DNA of 64,000 bases, taken from the NCBI RefSeq assembly GCF_009914755.1, contig NC_060932.1. One strand, 5' to 3'. Positions 39,913 through 56,455 of the stretch are shown piece after piece; positions within the stretch are counted from its first letter, which is position 1; the number at the start of each line of letters is the position of its first letter. This DNA comes from the human T2T-CHM13v2.0 reference genome, Homo sapiens. Under the pieces are notes generated by a model. That model was not told the origin of the DNA. It did no database searches and was given only the letters and a program-made list of their open reading frames with translations. The position numbers were made by a program, and so were the translations under genes.

Positions 39913-41987
39913 AATATCTTAAGTATTAAATTGCCACTTGTCAGGCTGACAGGTTCGAAGTTTCATCATGCACTCATGGAACCAATCTAGAGTCAGCCTT
40001 TCCTTAGCATTATCCCACCAAATAATTTCAGAACTGGAGACCTTTGTTTTTTCTTTTATCACAACAGGTTAAAAAGAAGGATACTTTTTTAATATAAACT
40101 TAACTTTTGGTCAAGATGTAATGGATGTTCTTGGTATTTTTGATCCTAATAGTCTTCACCATTTTTACTTTTAGCTTCAGTCTGTGGAATCTGCCTAGAC
40201 TGAAGTTTTTTTTTTTTTGCTTGAACTAATCATTCAGGCATAGAAGTGCTCATTATTGGCAAAGTTAGAGGATAGCAACCTTCTCCCTGACTTGCAACAT
40301 CAAGAAAGGTTTGGCCATAAAATAGAGATTCTGCTATTCGAGTTTCATTTGGTAAAATAAGTTCATCATTTTCACAGGACCACTGGATTGCCAGAAAGAG
40401 TGCTGCAACCTTTTCTGTAACTCCATACAAAGTTTCTATTACATAACTCGACTTATTAGGCAAAAAATAGGAATCACTTTTAAGTGGTGGCTCACGCCTG
40501 TAATCCCAGCACTTTGGGAGGCTCAGGTGGGTGGATCATTTGAGGTCAGGAGTTCGAGACCAGCGTAACCAACATGGCAAAACTCTGTCTCTACTAAAAA
40601 TACAAAAATTAGCTGGCATGGTGGCAAGCAACTGTAGTCCCAGCTACTCGGGAGACCCAGGAACCCAGAAGGTGGAGGTTGCAGTGAGTCAAGATCACGC
40701 CACTGCCCTCCAGCCAGGGCAACACAGCAGACCCTGTCTCCAAACAAACAAACAAAAATCTAGCCTAATGGCATTTTTTTTTTTTTTGAGTCTCACTCTG
40801 TGGCCCAGGCTGGAGTGCAGTCGTGCAATCTTGGCTCACTGAAGCCTCTGCCTCCCAGGTTCAAGTGATTCTCTTCTCTCAGCCTCCCTAGCAGCTGGGA
40901 TTACAGGCATGCACCACCACACCCGGGTAATTTTTATATTTTTAGTAGAGATGGGGTTTCACCATATTGGCCAAGCTGGTGTCGAACTCTTGACATCAAG
41001 TGAACTACCCACCTCGGCCTCCCAAAGTGCTGGGATTACAGGTGTGAGCCACCGCGCCCGGCCCCAATGGTTCATTTTAAAGAAAATTTAGTCGTTCTGG
41101 GGCTACTTTATCAAAATTTATTTATCTTCAGTTTTCCTCTATTTCTGCAATTTTTCAACAACATTCATATTTTGCTTAAGTTTCACAGATTATCACCAAT
41201 TTAAATATAAAAACAAAAACATCTCAATATAGAAAAAGCTTGAGTAAAAGATAAATCATGTATCTAAAGTTAGTACAAAAGGCCAGGCTCAGGCAGCTCC
41301 CACCTCTAATCTCTGTGCTTTGAGAGGCTGAGGCTGAAGGATCACTTGAGCCCAGGAGTTCAAAGCTGCAGTGAGCTAAGATCCTGCAACTGCACTCCAG
41401 CCTGGGCGACAGAGAGAGCCCTTGTCTCTAAAAATAATAACAAAAGAAAAAAGCAAACAAACAAAAAATAAAATAAAAATAAGTAGTTAGTACAACAAAT
41501 TGTTTGATAAGCCTCCAAATAAATCTTTGAGTTGCCTCCCCTGCCTTTCAACTCATTAGAGTGAACATCTAATCCCTCTATTCAGAATGCTGCATGCCTT
41601 ATGTTGCCACTAGTTCTCTTATCAAAATCAACTAGTTCTTCTCTTCAATCTGCTCTGAAATTTTAACTGCTCTGGAAAGCTCTCAATTGCACACCGTCCC
41701 TACTAACATTCCACGGATCTCTGGTATCCAATACCCAAAGCAACTAATGAGGAATTTGAAATTTTAATATGTTCCAGAAACCAGAGTTAAAAAATCAATA
41801 AACTCACGATGATAAGGGGAAAATTCTGAGGGTTTTCAAAACATAAAATCACCGCACTGTAAGATACATTAACTGGCAATCTTAAAATACCATTTTAGCG
41901 CCCTTAAACATTAAACCTTTGAACGCGTAAACAAAAGTTGCATGACCCAGTTTCATTACTGTTACTATTAATAATAATGGTACCTAC

Positions 41988-42019
41988 CCAGTATCTCCCA
42001 ATCCATGCAGGAAAATCAC
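41988..42019 (-). CDS. LYPLA1: LYPLA1 exon 2 (VIFLHGLGDTG, 32 nt)
   Basis: Pyrimidine tract and TAG acceptor, HGLGD oxyanion-hole motif of APT-family alpha/beta hydrolases, GTAGGT donor. Confidence 0.97.
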
Positions 42020-42479
42020 CTATAAGAGAAGAGGAAAATTAATAAGCAATGCCTAAATAAGCCCACACAGGATTGTTACACACTAGCTTTGCTTAAGGTG
42101 GAAAACGGAACGAAACCTACGAGAGAATTACACAACACTATCTTCGGCGACTTAATCTTTATCGACCTCTTTTAAATGGCAAAAATTCTGATCAACTTCT
42201 CCCTTTATTTCCTGAGATAATGAATGGGGGGGGGGTAGCACTGAGAGGTCCCAGTTAGACATTGAGTGCAAATGATCACATTCTAAGAAAAACAGTTTAT
42301 CTCTTTCAAGTGAAATCAGGAACATCTCACATATCCTGTAGAATTTTTCCACTGCAAAAGCAAGCTTCCGGAGGCAAAAATAAGTTTGACTTTTCATACA
42401 CGAGTTTTCTAAAAAACAGTACGTCTGACCTTGTAGGACACTCAATCTTCAAACTTCTTTCATTGAGGATAAGAGTGCG

Positions 42480-43250
42480 AGGTGACAATAAGGCGATTTC
42501 CTGGCGGACTTAGGTTTCCCTCACCCACACACCAGGCAGAAACACGCTGCAGAGGCTGACGCCGTGCCCTAGGCCGGCCCGCGGGGGTCCCGGGGCCACA
42601 CTTCCTCCGCAATGCAGGGAGGAGCTGGGGACTGGCCCTCGCGCCGGCTGTGACCCCCCGGCTGCCCCCGCCCCCCGCGGACCCGGCCGCGCGGACCATT
42701 CGCACCCCACCCGGGCCGGGAGGAGCGTCCTCGTCCGCAGGCCGCCACGCGCCCGCAACGCCCACCCCGCGCGAGGGGCAACCACCGGTGGCCGGCCCAG
42801 TGGACCCCTCCGAGCCCACGCCTACGCCACTCACCGCAGCGGTGGCCTTCCGGGCGGCGGGCACGATGGCGGGCAGCGGGGTTGACATGTTATTGCCGCA
42901 CATACACCGCCTCAGCTCACAGCGCAAGCGGAAGGAAGAGCGGGCGCCCGGCCGCGGCCCAAGGGCGTGCGAGCGGCGAGTCCCGGCCGGCCCCACCGGG
43001 CGCACGCTCAGGCGCGTGCGCGCCAACGCGGCCCCGCGCTACCTTCCGCGCGCGCCCGCGCGTCCAGGGTCCGCCCTGCCCTGCCCCTCGCCCGCCGCCC
43101 CTCCCTCGGCACCTCACAATGTCCGGGCGGCTCCCTCCCTCCGATTGGCTGCGGCGGCAGCGCGGACCTGGCTGCGCTTTCGCCACACCACGCAGCCTGC
43201 GCATGCTCAGTGCTGGCTAGGGAAAATGTGCTCTCAGGTGCAGGCTGAGG
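42480..43250. promoter_or_regulatory. LYPLA1: CpG island / TATA-less LYPLA1 promoter and 5' UTR
   Basis: Very GC- and CpG-rich; GC boxes (CCGCCC), ETS-like CGGAAG (43043-43048, minus), CCAAT (43144-43148, minus), NRF1-like TGCGCATGCTCA (43198-43209). Confidence 0.9.
42835..42903 (-). CDS. LYPLA1: LYPLA1 coding exon 1 (MCGNNMSTPLPAIVPAARKATAA, 69 nt)
   Basis: ATG at 42903-42901; translation matches the APT1 N-terminus; followed by donor GTGAGT starting at 42834. Confidence 0.98.
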
Positions 43251-43589
43251 GCTGGTCTCTTGGGTCTTGGTTTAGGTTTTTGCTTTTCTGGCGCTGTAGT
43301 GAAAAGAATGAGCCCCAGAGCCAATTCACCCAACCCAACCCCAGGTGCTCCTTGGTTTCCTGCGGCCGGGGTCTATCCATTTGTAAAAGTCTGGATGGAC
43401 TGGGAGACGTTGATGGAGCTTTTGCAGTATTTCCGTTTGGGGCTACAGCAGTATGTAGATTTGGGTTCAACTTACCTTCTTTAAACTTTAGTTGGAAAGG
43501 GTAACATTTGTCACCAGAAATCCACTACTTCCCTAACTTGATCGACAACACTTACTGATGTACGGATATTGACACAGTACAGGTTTAAG

Positions 43590-44345
43590 TGAGAGGTAAA
43601 GCCAGCTGGTCTTCTGGGTCGGTTGGGGACTTGGAGAACTTTTCTGTCTTACAAGAGGATTGTAAAATGTACCAACAGCACTCTGTAGCTAGGATTGTAA
43701 AATGCACCAATCAGCACTTTGTGGCTAGCTAGAGGTTTGTAAAATGCACCAATCAGTACCCTGTAAAACGGGCTAATCAGTGTTCTGTAAAGTGGACCAA
43801 TCCGCAGGACTTGGGCCGGGACAAATAAGGAAATAAAAGCTGGCCACGCCCCCCATCCCCTAGCTGGCAGTGGCAGCCCTGGGTCCCCTTCCACACTGTG
43901 GAAAGTTTGTTCTTTCACTCTTCACAATAAATCTTGCTGCTGCTGCTCACTCTTTGGGTCTGTGGGACCTTTAAGAGCTGTAACACTCCCAGCACTTTGG
44001 GAGGCCGAGGCGGGTGGATCAGGAGGTCAGGTGATCGAGACCATCCTGCCTAACACGGTGAGACCTCGTCTCTACTAAAAATACAAAAAAAAAAAATTGG
44101 CCGGTCGTGTAGTCCAAGCTACTTGGGAGGCTGAGGCAGGGGAATGGCGTGAACCTGAGAGGCAGAGCTTGTAGTGACCTGAGATCGCGTCACTGCACTC
44201 CAGCCTGGGAGACAGAGAGAGACCTTGTCTCAAAAAAAAAAAAAAAAAAAAAAAAAAACTGTAACACTCACCACGAAGGTGACAAGCTTTATTCTTGAAG
44301 TCAGCGAGACCATGAACCCACCGGAAGGAACCAACTCTGGACACA
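43590..44345 (+). mobile_element. LTR12F-like solo LTR (HERV9) with an internal Alu (about 43988-44258)
   Basis: TGAGAGG...GGACACA termini, 4-bp TSD TAAG, CCAATC repeats; Alu flanked by duplicated CTGTAACACTC. Confidence 0.87.
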
Positions 44346-44548
44346 TAAGCATGAGACTAGACTGCCCTTTTCTGCACAGGTGCCTTTATGGCCTAAAATG
44401 TAGTTACTCAACAAATGTGTTGCATATCAACTACATGGTAAGATCTGGAAGAGAGCACAAGATAGAAACACTTAAAGCCAAAATGCCCTGACCTTCAGAA
44501 GTTTACAATTCAGTGAAGGACATACTGGAGGCCGGGCGCAGTGGCTCA

Positions 44549-44901
<353 letters not shown>

Positions 44902-44916
44902 TCACACGGTAACCAG

Positions 44917-46871
44917 TGTCAGAGGCGTGTGAACCAGAGCAACTCCATCTTAAATAGGGGCTGAGTAAAGTAAGGCTGAAACCTATTGGGCTGCATTCCC
45001 AGACGGTTAAGGCATTCTAAGTCACAGGATGAGATAGAACGTCAGCGCAAAATATAGCTTATAAAGATCTTGCTGATAAAACAGGATGCAGTAAAGAAGC
45101 CGGCCAAAACCCACCAAAACTAAGATGGCAATGAGAGTGAACTCTGGTCATCCTCACTACTGCACTCTCATTGAGAGATAACAACGCGCTAGCAGTCCTC
45201 GCTCATTCTCAGCACCTCCTCGGCCTCGGTGTCTGCTCTGGCCACACTTGAGGAGCCCTTCGGCCCGCCGCTGCACTGTGGGAGCCACTCTGTGCTGGCG
45301 CAGGCCAGAGCCAGCTCCCTCTGCTTGCAGAAAGGTGTGGAGGGAGAGGTGTCCGTGGGAACCGGGGCCAGAGCAAGTTCCGGGTGGGCGTGGGCTCGGC
45401 GGGCTTAGCACCTGGGCCAGCAGCTGCGGAGGGGGCACCAGGTCCCCCGGCACTGTGGGCCCGCCCTCACTGCGCTGGAATTCTCCCCGGGCCTCAGCCG
45501 CCTCCCCGCGGGGCAGGGCTCAGGACCTGCAGCCCGCCATACCTGAGCCTCCCCCGCCCCCGCCGTGGGCTCCTGCGTGGCCCAAGCCTCCCTGACCAGC
45601 ACCTCCCTTTGCTCCGCGGCACCTGGTCCCATCGACCGCCCAAGGGCTGAGGAGTGCAGGCCCACGGCGTGGGACTGGCAAGTAGCTCTGCCTGCGGCCC
45701 CAGTGCAGGATCCACTAGGTGAAGCCAGCTGGGCTCCTGAGTCTAGTGGGGACTTGAAGAACTTTTATGTCTAGCTAGAGGATTGTACACACACCAATCA
45801 GCACCCTGTGTCTAGCTCAAGGTTTGTAAATGCACCAATCAGCGCTCTGTATCTAGCTAATCTGGTGGGGACTTGAAGAACCTTTATGTCTAGCTAAAGG
45901 ATTGTAAATACACCAATCAGCACTCTGTGTCTAGCTCAAGGTTTGTAAATGCACCAATCAGCACTCTGTATCTAGCTAATCTGGTGGGGACGTGGAGAAT
46001 ATTTATGTCTAGCTAAGGGATTGTAAATAACACCAATCAGCACTCTGTGTCTAGCTCAAGGTTTGTTAAACACACCAATCAGCACCCTGTGTCTAGCTCA
46101 AGGTTTGTAAATGCACCAATCAGCGCTCTGTGTCTAGCTAATCTAGTGGGGACTTGGAGAACTTTTGTGTCTAGCTCAGGGATTGTAAATGCACCAGTCA
46201 GCACCCTGTCAAAATGGACCAGTCAGCTCTCTGTAAAATGGACCAATCAGCAGGATGTGGATGGGGCCAGATAAGGGAATAAAAGCAGGCTGCCTGAGCC
46301 AGCAGTGGCAACCCACTCGGGTCCCGTTACACACTGTGGAAGCTTTGTTCTTTTGCTCTTTGCAATAAATCTTGCTGCTGCTCACTCTTTGGGTCCGCAG
46401 TGCCTTTAAGAGCTATAACACTCACTGCGAAGGTCTGCAGCTTCACTCCTGAAGCCAGTGAGACCAGGAACCCACCAGAAAGAATAAACTCCAGACATAC
46501 CATCTTTAAGAACTGTAACACTCACCGCGAGGGTCCGCAGCTTCATTCTTGAAGTCGGTGAGACCAAGAACCCACCAATGCTGGACACACCATCAACGCC
46601 ATGACAGTTTACGAGTGCTGTGGCAATGTCAGGAAGTTACCCTATATGGTCTAAAGAGGGGAGGCATGAATAATCCACCCCTTGTTTAGCATAACATCAA
46701 GAAATAACCATAAAAATGGGCAACCAGCTATGGAGTAGCCATTCTTTTATTTCTTTACTTTCTTAATAAACTTGCTTTCACTTTACTGTATGGACTTGCC
46801 CTGAATTCTCTCTTGCGTGAGATCCAAGAACCCTCTCTTGGGGTCTGGATTGGGACCCCTTTCCTGTAATA
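44917..46871 (+). mobile_element. MER41A-like solo LTR split by an LTR12
   Basis: Starts TGTCAGAGGCGTGTGAACCAGAGCAACTCC and ends CCTGTAATA; TSD CCAG/TCAG. Confidence 0.82.
45172..46589 (+). mobile_element. LTR12C/D/E-type solo LTR (HERV9)
   Basis: GC-rich U3, tandem ACCAATCAGC repeat array, GGACACA end; TSD TCAT/CCAT. Confidence 0.9.
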
Positions 46872-47072
46872 TCAGCGTTCTGAAGGATTTGAGGTCTTAT
46901 TCACACTGTTTTTAATCATTCTTGTGGATTGGATTTGGACAATGAGAATTTTGTGGATTCTCCAAAAGTTTTAAATTGATGACAATTTACTGAAAATGAT
47001 AATAGTGGGATTCACATTTCATGTACTTGTGTACATTTATCAGGCTTTTAAGTCCTTTAGTTGTGATATCAG

Positions 47073-47718
47073 TGTTACTGGAAAGGGATCCCAGTCCCAA
47101 GAGAAGATTCTTGGATCTCTGGCAAGAAAGAATTTGGGGCCATAAGTGAAAGCAATTTTATTAGAGAAGCAAAAACAAAACAAAACAAAACAAAAAAAAA
47201 CAAAAGAATGGCTACTCCGTAGGCAGAGCAGGGCTAGGGGCTGCTCCACTGAGTATACTAATAGTTATTGCTTGTTTATATGTTAAACAAGGGGTGGATT
47301 ATTCATGAGTTTTCTGGTAAAGGGACAGGGATTTCCTGGAACCGAGGGTTCCTCTTTTGACCATATAGGGTAGATTCCCTACCTGGCCATAGCAGTTTAC
47401 AACTGTCATGGAGCTGGTGGAAGTGTCTTTTAACATGCTAATGCGTTATAGTAAGTGTATAATGAGCAGAGAGGACGACCAGAGGTCGTTTTCCTTGCCA
47501 TTTTGGTTTTGGTGGGTTTGGGCCAGATTCTTTACTGCATCCTGTTTCATCAGCAGGGTCTTTATAACCTATGTCTTGTAATACCAGTCCGGTGACCTCC
47601 AATCTCATTCTGTGACTAAGAATGCCTAACCTCGTGGGAATGCAGCCCAGCGGGTCTCGGCCTCGTTTTACCTTCCTCCATTCAGAAGGAAGTCGTTCTG
47701 GTTCTAATGCTTCTGACG
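47073..47718 (-). mobile_element. MER41B-like solo LTR carrying tandem GAS/STAT motifs
   Basis: Reverse-complement homologue of the MER41 at 44917; extra segment with TTCTGGTAA (47312-47320) and TTCCTGGAA (47333-47341). Confidence 0.78.
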
Positions 47719-48846
47719 TTAATTGAGAAAACAAAACTCTCTAGTTCTTACTGTGAACATGTTCCAAATCACTATTACGTTGAGTTTTTCTATGATGTAA
47801 AAAGTAGAGAATTCTAAGGGCCACCAATCATTTATTAATTTACTCCATTAGTGGGGAGTAGGACAGTTCAGGTTGAGGTGTCTACGCTACTATACCTGCA
47901 ACATTTACCCAAGTTATGTATCCTCCAAGGAGCTTTCTATGAAAACAATCTCTCTCTTCCCCAGGTAAGGGAATGAAATAAATATAATAATTGAAAAAGA
48001 CAAAATTATTCTTATTTTAGAGGATATGATTGTACAAAGCAAAAATACAGTAAGAGCATTTAAAAATTACTAATAAGGCCAGGTGTGGTGACTCACACCT
48101 GTAATCCCAACACTTTGGAAGGCTGAGGTGGGAGGATTGCTTGAGCCCAGGAGTTCAAGACCAGCCTAGGCAACAGCGAGACCTTGTCTACAAAAAATTT
48201 AAAAAGAAAAAAATTAGCTGGGCTCAGGAGGCTGTGGCAGGGGCGTCGCTTGAGTCCAGGAGGTCAAGGTTGCAGTGAGCCGTGTTCATGCCACTGCACT
48301 CCATCCTGGATGACAGAGCAAGACCCTGTCCCCACCTGTGCCCCCCCCAAAATAAACATTATTAACAAGAAAATTCAGTAATATAACCAATTATTAAATC
48401 AGCATACAAAAAGGAATGGTTATTCTAGCTACAAACAATAGCTGGTTAGAATATGTAAATGGAAGAAAAATGTTCAAAATAGAAATTTAAAAATATCAAC
48501 ATAGGTCAGCCTGAGTGACAGAGTGAGACTCTGTCTCAAAAAAAATAAAAATATAAAAAAAAAATAAGGGCCAGGCACAGTAGCTCACGTCTGTAATCCC
48601 AGCACTTTGGGAGGCCAAGGTGGACAGATCACCTGAGGTCAGGAGTTCAAGACCAGCCTGGCCAACATGGTGAAACCACGTCTCTACTAAAAATACAAAA
48701 ATTAGCTGGGCATGGTGGCAGGTGCCTGTAATCCCAGCTACTTGGGAAGCTGAGGCAGGGAGAATCTCTTGAACCCGGGAGGTGGAGGTTGCAGTGAGCA
48801 GAGATCACTGCAGCCTGGGCAACAGGGCAAGACTCCGTCTCAAAAA

Positions 48847-48851
<5 letters not shown>

Positions 48852-48886
<35 letters not shown>
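48852..48886. repeat. (TG)n microsatellite
   Basis: About 17 TG units at an Alu tail. Confidence 0.9.
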
Positions 48887-48890
<4 letters not shown>

Positions 48891-48974
48891 AAATAAATAC
48901 ATGTTATATAAATACACACACAGGCATATATATATTATATATATATATATGTAAACACACACACAGGCAAAACT

Positions 48975-51715
<2,741 letters not shown>

Positions 51716-52177
51716 ACACAAGCAAAACTTGAATTTACAAGACCTATATCAGGAAAAGTAAAAAGCTACCAAAGTACAAAAAAGACATAATTGGATAGGA
51801 AAATCTAATACTGTAAGGTTGTCAATTTTCTTAGAATTAATCTACTAATGCAATGTAATCCCCATTAAAATCTCAAAATATTATGCTTTAATAAACATGA
51901 TATTTAAATACCCCAATAAGACTTTTTAATTTAGTTACTTATAAAATTTATTAACATGGGAGAATAAACATAGAAGAATATTCATTAATATTAAAATAGA
52001 AATAGGGCCCGATGCGGTGGCTCACGCGTGTAATCCCAGCACTTTGGGAGGCCGAGGCAGGCAGATCACCTGAGGTCGGGAGTTCGAGGCCAGCCTGGAC
52101 AACACAGTGAAACCCCATCTCTACTGAAAATACGCAAATTAACCGGGCATTACGGCATGTGCCTGTAATCCCAGCTA

Positions 52178-52339
<162 letters not shown>

Positions 52340-53679
52340 TCATTTAGAATTACAGAAATTGCAATAGCAAATTACCAGCACAGAGAAAAAAGCAAATCAG
52401 ATCATTCACTGAATATTCTTTGTGACTTGGATTTATTTCTAGAACAGAATTAAACTCTGAGGAAAACACACATATGAGGGAGAAATAGGTACATGATGAG
52501 GGTATTTCATTAACATTTCAAACCAGTGGAAAAAGAAAAGAAAATTTTCCATAAATGGTATTGGAATAACTGGCTACAGTTGGGAGACAATTTAGCTGGT
52601 TCCTCCCACCAAATTTTGGGCAATTCCAGAAGGGAAAAAGACCCCATATTGCATGATACCATTTATGTAAAATGTCCAGACAAGCAAGTCCATAGTGACA
52701 GAAAGTAGATTGGTGATTGCCTAGGGACAGGGGGTTGGGGGGATTTGGGAGGAAATGGGGAGTGACTATTAATCAATATAGGGTTTTCTTTGTGGGTAAC
52801 CTAAATGTTTTAAGATTAGATTGTGGTGATGGTTGCACAACTCTGAGTGTACTAAAAGTCCCTCAAATGCACATTTTAAATGTGTGAATTGTATCTTAAT
52901 AAAGCTGTTAAACAATCAGTCGTCCATAAATTTGTGAACCTGCTTCTGAGTTCTTTACGATGTTCCATTGATCTGTATGTCTATGCCAATACCACCTCAT
53001 CTGGACTGGTCTGGTTCTATAAGCCTAAAATCAATGACTGTAACTCCTCCTACTTTGTTTTTCTATCTCGAAGTTACTTTGGCTATTCTAGCATTTCTGC
53101 ATTCATTTTGGAATTGGCTTGCCTATTCCTCCATACAAGCCTATTAGGATTTTCACTGAGATTGCCTTAAATCTATAGACCAATTTGAAGAAAACTGAGT
53201 CTTCTGATCCATGAACCTAAATAAATCTCCCAATTTATTTGGGTCACCTTGGATTTCTGTCAGCTTTATTTTATACTTTTCAATGTATAGGTCTGCATAT
53301 CTTTTGTTAAATTTGTCCCCAGGAATTCCATATTTTCCATGCTACTTTAAATGGTATTTAAAATTTCAATTTGATTGTTTATTGCTAGATATAGAAATTG
53401 AACTGATCTTTGCACATGGATTTTGTATTTGCAATTTTCTATACCCACATAAAAGTTCTGGTAGCTCTTTTTGTAGATTTCTTAGGATTCTTTAGACAAT
53501 TACGTAATTGCAAATAAACAGTTTTGCCTTTTTTCTAGTGATTATGTCTGTTGTTTTCTTTTGCCTTATCACACTATCTAGTACCTCCAATAGAAGTTGT
53601 GAATGAACGTTGCTTCATTCCAGATATTAGGGCAAAAGTATTCAGCCTTTCACCCTTAAGTATAATGTTAAGTGTAAGT

Positions 53680-54900
<1,221 letters not shown>

Positions 54901-56455
54901 TGTAAGTTTTTTGTATATACACTTTATCAGGTTGAGGAAGTTCCCTTTCATTCCTCATTTGCTGAGAATTATTGCAATAAATGAACCTTTTGTGACAAAT
55001 GCTTTTTCTACATTTATTAAAATAATTTTTAAGTCTGTCAATATGGTGAATGATATTGACTAATTTTTAAAATATTAAGCCAATTTTGCCTTTCTGGGAT
55101 AAACCCCACTTGGTCATTACCTATTGTCTTTTATATATTTAGTTGGATTTAATTTGTTAAAAGTTGTTAAGAATTTTTTTTCATGAAGGATATTGGTTTG
55201 TAGTTCTCTTTTATTGTAATGTCTTTATCTGGTTTTGATATCAGGATAGTGCTGGCCTCAGAATGAGTCGGAGTATTCCACCCTCTTCAAAAGTCTGAAA
55301 GAGTGTATGGAACTCATATTATTTCTTCTTAAATGTTGGCTAGAATTTACCAGTAAAGCCATTTAGGCCTGAAGTTTTCCTTGTGGAAAAGGTTGGGTTG
55401 TTTTATCTTGTTTGTTCTTCTTTTCTTTCTTTCTTTTTTGAGATGGGGTCTTACTCTGTCACCTAGGCTGGAGTGCAGTGGCACAATCGCAGCTCACTGC
55501 AGCCTTGACCCCCACCAAAGCTGAAGCCATTCTCTTACTTCAGCCTCCTGAGTAGCTGGGAACACAGGCATGCACCACCATGCCCTGTTCACTTTTTTCT
55601 TTAATTTTTTTGGAGAAATGGGGTCTCACTACGTTGCCAGGCTGGTCTCACACTCCTGGTCTCAAGTGATCCTCCTGCTTGGCTTCCCAAAGTGCTAGGA
55701 TTACAGGCATGGGCCACTACACCTGGTCTGGGAAAAGGTTTTTAACTTAAAATTAATTTCCTTTTCCTAGGCATAAAGCTAGTTATTTTATCTAGGTCTT
55801 CTTTTTTAAAAGATCTTTTTAAAAATAGCTTTATAAAGCTATAATTCGCATACCGTATACCTATATAAAGTGTGAGATCTAAAATTTGCACAACCATCAC
55901 CATCATCTAATTCAAAATACAGTCATGCACAGCATGATGACATTTCAGTCAATGACAGACCACATATGTGACAGTGGTCCTGTAAGATTATAATGGAGGT
56001 AAAAAATTCCTACGGCCTTGTAATGTCATAGCTGTCATAATGTTGTACCACAATACATTACTCACATGTTTGTGGTGATGCTAGTGTAAACAAATCTACT
56101 GCCAGCTGTATAACAGTATAGCACATACTATGTTAAGATACACAAGATGTACAAGTGGAGTAGAAGTACATTGCTTAATGTACAAGTGGAGTACAAGTAC
56201 ATTGCTTAATGGTAGGGATACATTAAAAAATGCATCATTAGATGATTTTGTCATTGTGCAATTGTCATAAAGTATGCTTACACAAACCTAGATGGTCTAG
56301 TCTACTATACGCATAGGCTATATAGGATAGCCTATTACTCCTAGGTTATAAACATGCTGTACAGGTTTATACACTCTACTGAATATTGTATGCAATTGTA
56401 ACACTGTGGTATTTCGTGTATCTAAGCATAGAAAAGATACAGTCAAAATATGGTA

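Noticed and set aside
42650-43504. 284-aa plus-strand ORF across the promoter
   Set aside because: Antisense to LYPLA1 exon 1 in a GC-rich island where stop codons are scarce; non-ATG start, Pro/Ala/Arg-rich, no recognisable domain
45740-46260. Regularly spaced direct repeats that resemble a CRISPR array
   Set aside because: These are the LTR12 U3 tandem CCAAT repeats; no unique spacers, no cas genes, and the DNA is primate
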